Made by a program: the position numbers and the translations under genes. Below are positions 25,455-34,200 of a stretch of 64,000 nt of DNA, one piece after another. Source of the DNA: an uncultured Verrucomicrobia subdivision 3 bacterium (GTDB taxonomy: Bacteria; Verrucomicrobiota; Verrucomicrobiia; Limisphaerales; UBA11358); the NCBI GenBank assembly GCA_903917705.1, contig CAIXBQ010000103.1:36889-100888 (forward strand). The letters run 5' to 3'. Position 1 is the stretch's first letter; each line of letters starts with the position of its first letter. The notes beneath the pieces are model-generated. The model saw only the letters and a program-made list of their open reading frames with translations, was not told the origin of the DNA and ran no database searches.

Positions 25455-26711
25455 ATGAGCGGCAAACTGCGCATGAGCAGCCTGCTTCAAAGCGGGCTGA
25501 TTTTTTCCGCCGTCAATTTCATCACCGGTCTGGGCAATCTTGCCTTTCAGGGCGTCATGGGGCGGCACCTGGGCGACCAAGGGCAATACGGCAACGCCAA
25601 CAGCGCGCTGGGCGGCTTCATGCCGCTGCTGGGCCTGCTGCCGTGCGTGGCGACGCTGGCAGTCACGCATTACATCGCCCACTACCAGGCCTGCGGCGAC
25701 CACGCGCGGCTGCAGGGGCTGCTGGCCGGCAGCCGGAAATTTCTTTTCCGGTTCACGGTGGTCGGCTCGCTGCTGGCCCTGGCCGCGGTGAAGCCGCTGA
25801 GCGATTTTTTCCATTTCAGCCAGAGCCTGATGCTGGTGTCGCTGGGCTGCACGCTGTTCGGCCTGTGGGGTTCCTATGCCACGGTGCTGTGCCAGGGCTT
25901 CGGGTGGTTCAAGCGGCTCGCGCTCATCGGCCTGCTGGGAATGGCGCTCCGGTTCGGGTTCGGCTGGTTTGTCACGATAAAATGGCCCTCGGCGGAAACC
26001 GCCGTGCTGGCCACCGGTTTTGCGCTGCTGGCAAATCTCGCCCTTCTCTGCTGGCGGAAAGACCTGGTCATCCGCAGCGCGCCGGTCTCGCCCTGGAACC
26101 GCGAGTTCGTACTCTACTTTGTCATCAGCGCGGCGTGCGTGGGCGGCAGCTACTGTTTCTTCCAGGGCGACCTGCTGGTCGCCAAAAAATATTTTTCCGG
26201 GAAGGATCTCGACGCCTACACCGCCGCCGGCCAGCTCGCGCGGGCGCTGCCGATGACGGTGGGGCCGATGCTGACGGTGCTGTTCACCTCGCGCTCAAGC
26301 CAGCGCGCGGGCGGCATCGTGGCGGAGCAGCTAAAGCTGATGGGGATTTATGCGGCCGGCCTGCTTGCCGGCGCGGCCGGCCTGTTTGTGCTGCGGGGTT
26401 TCTGCGTGAAGCTCATCTTCGGCCACGCCCTGCCGGCGGCCGAGGCCATGATCGTCCAGCTTTCGATCACCATGGTATTTGTCGGCCTGCTGCAAGCGCT
26501 GGCGCAATGGGCGCTGGCCAGCCGCTGGACGCGGCTTTCGCTGCTCTACGGCGCCCTGGGCATCGCCTATTGGCTGGTGCTGCTGGCGCTGGGCCGGACC
26601 CCGGCATCCCTCCTGCCCGTCATGGCCGGGGCGACCGGAATCGCGCTGGTCATCCTGCTGGCCGGCTGGCTCATCATGATGTGGCGGCACAAACCGGTCC
26701 CGCAAAGCTGA
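25455..26711 (+). CDS. Polysaccharide flippase-like multi-TM protein (MOP/Wzx superfamily)
   Basis: About 12 hydrophobic helices. The N-terminus SLLQSGLIFSAVNFITGLGNLAFQGVMGRHLG is typical of Wzx-like proteins. Confidence 0.65.
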   Translation: MSGKLRMSSLLQSGLIFSAVNFITGLGNLAFQGVMGRHLGDQGQYGNANSALGGFMPLLGLLPCVATLAVTHYIAHYQACGDHARLQGLLAGSRKFLFRFTVVGSLLALAAVKPLSDFFHFSQSLMLVSLGCTLFGLWGSYATVLCQGFGWFKRLALIGLLGMALRFGFGWFVTIKWPSAETAVLATGFALLANLALLCWRKDLVIRSAPVSPWNREFVLYFVISAACVGGSYCFFQGDLLVAKKYFSGKDLDAYTAAGQLARALPMTVGPMLTVLFTSRSSQRAGGIVAEQLKLMGIYAAGLLAGAAGLFVLRGFCVKLIFGHALPAAEAMIVQLSITMVFVGLLQALAQWALASRWTRLSLLYGALGIAYWLVLLALGRTPASLLPVMAGATGIALVILLAGWLIMMWRHKPVPQS

Positions 26712-26747
26712 TTTGAATTTGTCCACGCCTTCCGCCACACTGGCGGC

Positions 26748-27782
26748 GTGCCGTCCGATTCCGAATCCTTTCACTGGCCCCGCGTCAGCATCATCATGCC
26801 GACGCTGAACGCCGGGGAGCTGCTGGACAATGTGCTCGGCTCCCTCGCGCGCCAGACCTGGCCGCGCGACCGCTATGAGATCATCCTCGCCGACGCCCAT
26901 TCGAAGGACCGCACCCGGGAAATTGCCGCCCAATACGGGGCGATCGTCCTGGACGACAACGGGAAAAACATGGAGGAGGGCAAGCGCCTCGCGCTTCGTC
27001 ACGCCACCGGCGAATACATCGTCTTTGTGGACGCGGACAATGAGATCACCCACCCCGACTACCTGGAGCTTGCGGTGAAGGCGCTCGCGGCGAATCCGCA
27101 GGCGCTCGGGGTGGAGGGCTATTATCTGCCGTCACCGAAAATGAGTTCGTTCTGCGCCTACCTCACGCACCGGCTGCACATCAGCGACCCGATCTGCTGG
27201 CTGATGAGCGCCAATCCGCAGCTCGTGGCGCGCGACGGCGAGGCGGAACGCTGGCGGCTGCCGGGGAATTCCTGCTCGTATCCGCTCGGCGCGAACGGGT
27301 TTGTGTACCGGCGCGCGGATCTGCAGGCGGTGCAGGCCGGCGAAAAATTCCAGGACACGCATGTCGCGCTGTTCCTGATGAAGAACGGGAAGCGCGAATG
27401 GCTGCGGATCCGGGGGCGCGGGGTTCATCATTATTACGTCCAGACGCTGTGGGGCTTCGTGCAGAAGCGCCGCCGCGCCACGGTGCATTTTCTGCGCGTG
27501 CAGGAAGAGATGCCGGTGAACTGGATGAAGGAAAAGCCGCCGGTGCCGCTGTGGCTGGCGGCGGCCTATTGCGTCACTTTTTTCGGCCCGCTCTGGCACA
27601 CGCTGCGCGGAATCGCCCGCGACCGCGACGGGCGGTGGCTCTGGCATCTGCTCGCGAGTCCGGCCAGCGTGCTGGGCAATGCGTGGGGAGTGCTGACCTA
27701 TCGGCGGCGGCGCAACGACCGGGGCACCGGCGGCCAGAGCCTCATCGCCGAACTGCAGGTGAAACAGACTTTGAAGCGGTGA
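26748..27782 (+). CDS. Glycosyltransferase family 2
   Basis: VSIIMPTLNAGELL, ILADAHSKDRT and the FVDADNE (DxD) motif. GTG start. Confidence 0.8.
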   Translation: MPSDSESFHWPRVSIIMPTLNAGELLDNVLGSLARQTWPRDRYEIILADAHSKDRTREIAAQYGAIVLDDNGKNMEEGKRLALRHATGEYIVFVDADNEITHPDYLELAVKALAANPQALGVEGYYLPSPKMSSFCAYLTHRLHISDPICWLMSANPQLVARDGEAERWRLPGNSCSYPLGANGFVYRRADLQAVQAGEKFQDTHVALFLMKNGKREWLRIRGRGVHHYYVQTLWGFVQKRRRATVHFLRVQEEMPVNWMKEKPPVPLWLAAAYCVTFFGPLWHTLRGIARDRDGRWLWHLLASPASVLGNAWGVLTYRRRRNDRGTGGQSLIAELQVKQTLKR

Positions 27783-27795
27783 GGTCGGACGACAA

Positions 27796-27946
27796 AAACA
27801 GAGGTCAGAGATCAGCGGTCAGAGGTCAGACCGCAAGACTACGGACTACGGACCAAATCCGGAATGCGAAAAGCGAAAAGCGGAAGTTAAACACCAAGGC
27901 ACCAAGCATTTCTTAGCCACAGATGGGCATAGATGAAACACGGATT
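27796..27946. repeat. Chain of stuttered words in a convergent spacer
   Basis: Words: GAGGTCAGAG..GGTCAGAGGTCAGA (27796-27830), GACTACG x2 (27837-50), GCGAAAA x2 (27866-79), CACCAAGG/CACCAAGC (27892-27907), and TTAGCCACAGATGGGCATAGATGAAACACGGATT (27913-27946). Confidence 0.9.
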
Positions 27947-27987
27947 CAGGGGAATAAACAAACGCCTCGCAGAACCGGAGCAGACCA

Positions 27988-29049
27988 TTACTTTTTTGGC
28001 CGTTTGGAGTAGTTGAACGTCTGCCGGCCGCGGATGAAGGCGCGCACCATGCTGAGGGCGTAAACCGAAAACATGACGGCTACGGCGAACGGGATCAGGG
28101 GCGCCCGCCAGTCGCGCGTGAGCATGGCCCACCGTCCGTAGTAGGTGGCGAGCGCCAGCAGGAGCACCAGGGAGGTCAGCGAGATGATCGGGACCGGGAT
28201 AAAGATGCCCACCAGCAGGCCCAGCTTCAGGCTGTTGACGATCGTGATCGGCAGGGCGCGCCGCGCCAGCGCCCAGGCCAGGCCATGCTTGCGCAACATT
28301 GCGCCGGCCCCCTCGCCGATCTGGGCATGTTTCCGCAGCGTGGAGCTGAACCGCGACGAGGGCGGATGCAGGTGCGCGTGAATGACGATGACATCGGAAA
28401 AAGCGACCTTGCCGACGGCCAGCAGGCGCTCAACCATGTCCGCATCCTCACCCGCCGAAGCAAAGTGCACCTCATCGTAGCCCCCGATTTTTTCCAGCAC
28501 ATCGCGCCGGATGATGTCAAACTTGTTGGCCAGCCCATGCGCGGGCTTGGCATGGCGAAATTGCGACGAAGTCACCCGGTCCCAAAAGCTCATGGTATCC
28601 CAGTCGCTCTGCGGAATGTCGATCAGCGGCTCGACCGCCACCGCCCCCTCCCGCTCCAGCCAACCCACCTGGCGCAGCAGGGCATTGTCGTCCGGCAGAT
28701 AGCAATCGGGATGCATGTAGCAGACATAGCGCGAACGCGCGGTCTGCCAGCCCAGATTGCAGGCGCCGGCCATCCCCCGGTCCAGACGCTGGACTTTCAC
28801 GATGTCCCAGTGCGAGCCCAGCGGGTGGGCCTGGATGATTTCCAGCGTATCGTCCTGGATGAGGTCGCAGAGGAAAATAATCTCGCAGCGGGAGGGCCCC
28901 TGCTGCCGATGGAGGCTGTCGAGCGCCTTGCCGATCGTGACCCGGCAGCTATGGATGGGCATCACCACGCTGACCCAGGGGGCGGCCGGGTCCGGGGGCG
29001 GTGCGGGGGTGGATTTGGCGGTGGCCGGTTGCTCCATATTGATATTCAT
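27988..29049 (-). CDS. Glycosyltransferase family 2 with C-terminal transmembrane segments
   Basis: Start taken at MNINMEQPA (the ORF track extends to 29160). VSVVMPIHSC, IIFLCDLIQDDT, and three C-terminal hydrophobic helices. Confidence 0.7.
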   Translation of the reverse strand: MNINMEQPATAKSTPAPPPDPAAPWVSVVMPIHSCRVTIGKALDSLHRQQGPSRCEIIFLCDLIQDDTLEIIQAHPLGSHWDIVKVQRLDRGMAGACNLGWQTARSRYVCYMHPDCYLPDDNALLRQVGWLEREGAVAVEPLIDIPQSDWDTMSFWDRVTSSQFRHAKPAHGLANKFDIIRRDVLEKIGGYDEVHFASAGEDADMVERLLAVGKVAFSDVIVIHAHLHPPSSRFSSTLRKHAQIGEGAGAMLRKHGLAWALARRALPITIVNSLKLGLLVGIFIPVPIISLTSLVLLLALATYYGRWAMLTRDWRAPLIPFAVAVMFSVYALSMVRAFIRGRQTFNYSKRPKK

Positions 29050-29071
29050 GGATGAAAGCTGCGGTGCGGGG

Positions 29072-29668
29072 CTATGTCGCAGCCCCGCTTGGAACGGATG
29101 AAGGGTTGATCCGGCGCAGCAGCCTGGCCGGCGCCCCGGCGATGACCGAGCCGGCCCCAAACGATTTTGTCACCACAGAATTCGCCCCCACCACAGAATT
29201 GGCGCCAAGGGTCACGCCGGGCATGATGACCACGTTGCAGCCGATGAAACATTGGTCGCCGATGACGACCGGGCGGCCCGGGGTGAGGCCGCTCGTCACC
29301 GGGCTGAGGCCGGGGCCGGTGACATGCGAATGATCCATCACCGTCACGCGGTAGGAAAGCAGGCAGCCGACGCCGATCTGAATGGCCTGATTGGCGGTGA
29401 TGACAAAATCATTGCCCACGGAAGTGCCCGAACCGATCCGGATTTTCGCCTGGCGATTATCCAGCGGCAGATAAAACCAGCCGCGCCGCCCCAGGCTGAC
29501 GCGGTCGCCGAGCTCCAGATTCCGCACATTGCCCAAAGGCCACTCGATGCCGGCACCGGCGCGCACGCCGCCGCCGGCCCGCAGGCCCAGGCAGCGCGGC
29601 AACAGGAGTCGGAAGAAACTGACGAGTCCGTTCCAGGCACCCAGGATGCGACGAAGAAAATTCACCAT
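29072..29668 (-). CDS. Hexapeptide-repeat (LbH) O-acetyltransferase
   Basis: Repeating [LIV]-G-x4 pattern: [27 protein letters not shown]...[31 protein letters not shown]. Confidence 0.8.
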   Translation of the reverse strand: MVNFLRRILGAWNGLVSFFRLLLPRCLGLRAGGGVRAGAGIEWPLGNVRNLELGDRVSLGRRGWFYLPLDNRQAKIRIGSGTSVGNDFVITANQAIQIGVGCLLSYRVTVMDHSHVTGPGLSPVTSGLTPGRPVVIGDQCFIGCNVVIMPGVTLGANSVVGANSVVTKSFGAGSVIAGAPARLLRRINPSSVPSGAAT

Positions 29669-29670
29669 GA

Positions 29671-30870
29671 TTATTTTTTGGGTTTGGTGAAAAACACCGG
29701 GGCGGCCGGCGAAATTGAGGCTTCAATGGCCTGCCACATTGCCCGGGCGCGGGCATTCCAATCCCATTCCAGGCCGGCGGCCAGCGCCTCCCGGCTCGTT
29801 TCGGCGTAGAGTTTTTCGTCGGTGAGCAGGCGGTGGATGCAATCGGCCAGCCCGGCAAAATCGCCCGGCGGCGCTTTCAGCCAGCCGCGCGGATAATAAA
29901 CCCGCAGCGGCGGCAGATCAAAGGACACGCCCGGCAGCCCGCAGCAGAGCGCCTCCGCCGAAGCCATGCCGCCGACCTCAAACACGGCGGGGTAAACCAC
30001 CACGCGGGCCGACTTGATGATCCGGTATTTCTCCACGCCGTCCCGGAAGCCGAAGAATTCCACGTTTTTCGCGAGGCCCAGTTTTTCCGCCCTGGCCTTG
30101 CAGGCGGCGTCCAGCGGGCCCGAGCCGATCATGGCCAGGCGGGCGTCCGGTTTCTTTTGGGTCAAAAGTTTCCAGACGTCCATCAGTTCCAGCGGACCTT
30201 TTTGCGGATGCAGCCGGCTGATGAACACGGCGTCGAAGGTTTTTTGCGCCGGCTCGGGCACGCTTTGCGGGATGGCCAGATCCACGCCGCCCATCACGGC
30301 ATAAGTGGATTCCGGCGAGCGGCCGTCGGCGATCATCAGGTCGCGGTCCTGCGGCACCGTGGTCAGGATCATCTCCGCCTCGCGCAGGGTGCGCCGGTAA
30401 ATCTGCTGCTGGAACGGGCGGTAGGCGGTGAACATCAGGCCGGGGCCGGGCTGGCCGGAAAACCATTTGGGCGCGAAAAAGTAAAGCCCCACCACCAGCG
30501 GAGCCTCGGGATAGCGTTTTTTCAGGCGCATGGCCGGGAGGCAACTTGGATGAAATTCCGACGCGGCCATGATGAGATGCTTTTCGTCCGGCGAGAACCG
30601 GATTTTATCCACGCCCCGGAGGCCCTTGAGCATTTGCATGAACCACCAGAACGGCCGGCCGAATTTTTTCAGATGGTCGGCCGGCCAGGTGACATGTTCG
30701 AGGCCTTTCAGTTCAAACCAGTCGCAAAGCTGCCGGGCGCCTTCATTGCCATAGACCGTGACCCGGTGCTCCCGGCTCCAGCGGCGGATGCACTCCACCA
30801 TGATGCGGTCCCCGCCGCTCAGGGAGATCGGCGGCGGCACCGTGGTGTTGGCGATCCAGTGGATGTGCAT
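29671..30870 (-). CDS. Glycosyltransferase family 4 (GT-B fold)
   Basis: C-terminal [27 protein letters not shown] (E-x7-E-like region). 2-nt gap to the acetyltransferase gene. Confidence 0.75.
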   Translation of the reverse strand: MHIHWIANTTVPPPISLSGGDRIMVECIRRWSREHRVTVYGNEGARQLCDWFELKGLEHVTWPADHLKKFGRPFWWFMQMLKGLRGVDKIRFSPDEKHLIMAASEFHPSCLPAMRLKKRYPEAPLVVGLYFFAPKWFSGQPGPGLMFTAYRPFQQQIYRRTLREAEMILTTVPQDRDLMIADGRSPESTYAVMGGVDLAIPQSVPEPAQKTFDAVFISRLHPQKGPLELMDVWKLLTQKKPDARLAMIGSGPLDAACKARAEKLGLAKNVEFFGFRDGVEKYRIIKSARVVVYPAVFEVGGMASAEALCCGLPGVSFDLPPLRVYYPRGWLKAPPGDFAGLADCIHRLLTDEKLYAETSREALAAGLEWDWNARARAMWQAIEASISPAAPVFFTKPKK

Positions 30871-30989
30871 TGGCGGGGATAATTTAGCGGCAGAAAAGCG
30901 TCAGTGTCCATCGGCAATTAGTCAAAGCACCGGCTAGCCGCAACCATTTCCCACAGCTGCCCACCGACCCCTCGTGCCACAGAATATGT

Positions 30990-31023
30990 TTAGCCACAGA
31001 TGTGCACAGATGAAACACGGATT
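30990..31023. repeat. Second copy of the CACAGATG module (32/34 identical to 27913-27946)
   Basis: TTAGCCACAGATGTGCACAGATGAAACACGGATT. Confidence 0.9.
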
Positions 31024-31081
31024 GGAGACAACCGACAACGGACCTGAAACCTGCGGTTTAATCAAGACTACCCCAGGCAAC

Positions 31082-31111
31082 CCCGGACGGCGCAGCGCGA
31101 CCGTCCCTACC
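31082..31111. repeat. GGACGG-N10-CCGTCC hairpin module, copy 1
   Basis: CCCGGACGGCGCAGCGCGACCGTCCCTACC. Confidence 0.85.
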
Positions 31112-31166
31112 TAAGCAATGTCAACCCTGCGGCGCAGCACACCATCGACCAAAGCAAACATAATTC

Positions 31167-31195
31167 CCGGACGGCGCAGCGCACCGTCCCTACCA
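31167..31195. repeat. GGACGG-N9-CCGTCC hairpin module, copy 2
   Basis: CCCGGACGGCGCAGCGCACCGTCCCTACC, 85 nt from copy 1 in the same orientation. Confidence 0.85.
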
Positions 31196-31204
31196 TGCCG
31201 ATTG

Positions 31205-34200
31205 CTATTGACCGAGCAGGCGGAAGAACTGCAGGTGCTGGGCGGTGGTGATGGGCACGGTCACGGAGACATTCGCCCCGTTGGTGGTCAGGGGCAGCAC
31301 CAGGGTGGTCCACGGACCCAGCAGGCTATCCGCGCCCTGCACCTGGAAGGTCCCGGCATCCAGCTGCCACGAAAGTTGCATGCCCGAACGGGTGACCGAC
31401 GAAAGCGCCATGACTGGCTGGGGCGGCAATACCACGGCGCCGTTCACATACGCCGTTGAAAGCGCGTTCGCCAGCTTGTCGGCGACTTGCAGCCTGGCCA
31501 CGTTGTTGTCCAGGGTGAGGGTTGCGGAGCCGCTGGCATTGGTGGCGGTGGCAAACCGCAGCACGGCCACCTGATTGGTTCCGGCCGCCAGGGACGCCCC
31601 CGGGGACAAGGCCAGCGCCACCCCGACTTTTCCCGTCAACTGGTTGGAATTAACATTCAGCCGGCCGCTCGGTATGGCTGAGCCGAGGGAGACATTGAGC
31701 AGGGTCAACTGGCTGGGATTGTATCCCACGGTCATGCCGACGGCATTTTCATTGGTCGTGCAGACCAGTTGCACCGGCACATTGATGATCTGACCGCGCT
31801 GCGCCGGCAGGCTGGCGATCTGCAAGGTTCGGGCAGGAGTCTGGCCGCCATGGGGCACCGCCACCAGGTTTGGAGCGACGGGCAAGGTGACCAGGGTCAA
31901 GGGATCGAGCCCGAGCGCATAGCGTCCGGCCTGCACCCAGTCGGCCACGGTCAGGATGGCATCCGGCGCGTTGCGGGGAGCGCAATCCGCCCGCAACATT
32001 TCGTCGCTATTGGTCACCACATCGAGCCCCGCCACCATGCGGCCGACTTCCAGCCAGTCTTGAACACTGACCTGATGGTCGCCATTGGTGCGCGGATAAA
32101 CATCCGCGGCATATTCCGCCGGTATCAGCGAGATGCTCCCGCTTTGATAGATGGCAGGCATGCTGTCCAGATTGTTGTCCCAAACCTGCCGGCCCGTGGG
32201 GAGGTCGCCGAAGGTAAGATTGGCCGTTGTCGAATTGGTCACGGACAGGGCCAGGAAGGTCAGCCGGGCCACTTCCTGGGTACCGGCGGGGATCACCGCG
32301 CCGGTATCCAGCAGGATGGCAAAGCCCACAAAGCCGTTGTTCGTCTGCGAATCCACCTCCTGCAAATAGGCTCCCGCGGTCGCCAGTCCCGGCTGTACGC
32401 TTTGCAGCACCAGTTTGGCCGGGTCATATCCCACGCTGCCCATGAAAGCGTTTTCAAATCCCACGGCGGTCATCATGACCGGAATGGTGATCGTGTTGCC
32501 CGACATGGCGTTGGTGGAACCCAAAGCCAGCACAGTCTGCTGCAGCGTCAGCACCGCCGCGGCGCTGTTGGTCGTGGCATAGGCGTTGCTCACGACCACA
32601 TCGTAATTGCCGGCATCACCAATGGTCGCACTGGCCAGCGTCAAGTTGGTCGTGGTCGATCCGGAAATATTGGCGCCGTCAACCAGCGGGGTCCCGTTTT
32701 TCCGCCAATGATAAGTCAACGGCCCGGTGCCGGTGGCCGCCACCGTAAAGCCGGCGCTGTTGTAGCTTAACACGGACAGGCTTTGCGGCTGCTGGGTGAT
32801 GGTGGGCGGCAATACAACTGTCAGGGTCGCCGCACCACTGTTGGTCGCGCCGACCGGGTTGGTCACCAGCACGGCGTAATCCCCCGCCTGGGTCAACTGA
32901 ATATTGGGAAGAATCAGAGTCGAATTGGTGGCACCGATGAGGTTCGTCCCGTTCCAACTCCATTGATAGGTATACGGGGCTGTCCCGCCGGCCGTCACAT
33001 TAAATGTGGCGGTTGTTCCCAGAAGGTTGGTCTGGTTCTGCGGCTGGGCTGTGATGACTGGAAGCGCCAGCACGTTAAACGGATTGCTGGAGGCGGTATG
33101 ACCGCTGCCATCATTGGCGAGCAACACGACGTTCGTTGCGGGCTGGGTCAGGGTGATGCTGCCATTCCACGCGCCATTGACGAGGTTTCCGGTGTTGGTC
33201 GGCGACAGGGGAAGGTTTGCCGGCAATTGCAGGCTGACGTTGTCAACGTAAGCATCAATATAGCTGTAGGATTCATCCACCCAGAACATCACCCGCACTT
33301 TTTGTCCGGCATAAGCCGTCAGGTTGTAGTTCGTTTGCACCCAGTTGCCCAGCAAGACATTGCCGGGGCTGGTCGTGAACGCCGTGGCCAGAACAGTGTT
33401 GTTCGTATTACATATCCGCACCTGAAATCCCTGAAAGGAATTGAATGAACTGTAATAATTGCGCACGCAATGCGCCCAATTCAAGGTCGCCACAGAGACC
33501 CCGGACGGAATGGTGACGTCCTGATACATATAAAAAACGCCGGAGCCGGTTTCCTGGCCCAAGGCGCTGAAGCTTCCGGCGAAGGGCGCCAGCGCCCCGC
33601 TTGCGCCGGGCGGAATCACCGTTCCGTTGTTGGTGATGAATTTTCCATAGGTGCTGTTCACCAGCGTCCAATTGGTGAGGGTGCCCGTTTCAAATCCACC
33701 GTTCAGAATGGCCCCGCTATTGGTTATCACGCCGGCACTCGAAGCCTGCAATGAAAGAGCACCGGTGTAATTGGTGACAGTCACGTTATTGACATTCTGT
33801 GCCGTGAGGGTGACGCCGAACGGCTGGCTGGCAGCCTGCGGTGAGGCAATCGGGGACCAGGCAAAATGATCCAGGGTCAAGAGCACTGCAAGGGCGGCGT
33901 TGGAACTGACCGTCGAGCCATAGGCATTGGTCACGGAAACAGCGTAATTGCCAGCTTGCGACATTTGCAAATTGGTCAGCGTCAGCGTGGCGTTCGTGGC
34001 ATCGGCAATATCGGTCCCGTTGCAATTCCATTGATAGGTGAACGGCTTCGAGCCGGTGGCGGTCACGGTAAAAGACGCGGTGCCGCCGGCCTGAACCGAC
34101 TGATTGGCAGGCTGGGCCGCAATGGTTGGCGGAACCGTTAAAACAGTCAGGATCGCATTGGTGCTGTTGGTCTGGCCGTAGCCATTCGAGATGAAAGCGG

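Noticed and set aside
25415-26716. 433-aa alternative frame over the flippase gene
   Set aside because: Its translation is Arg/Ala/Gly/Pro-rich. The 25455-26711 frame gives regular hydrophobic helices typical of Wzx-like proteins.
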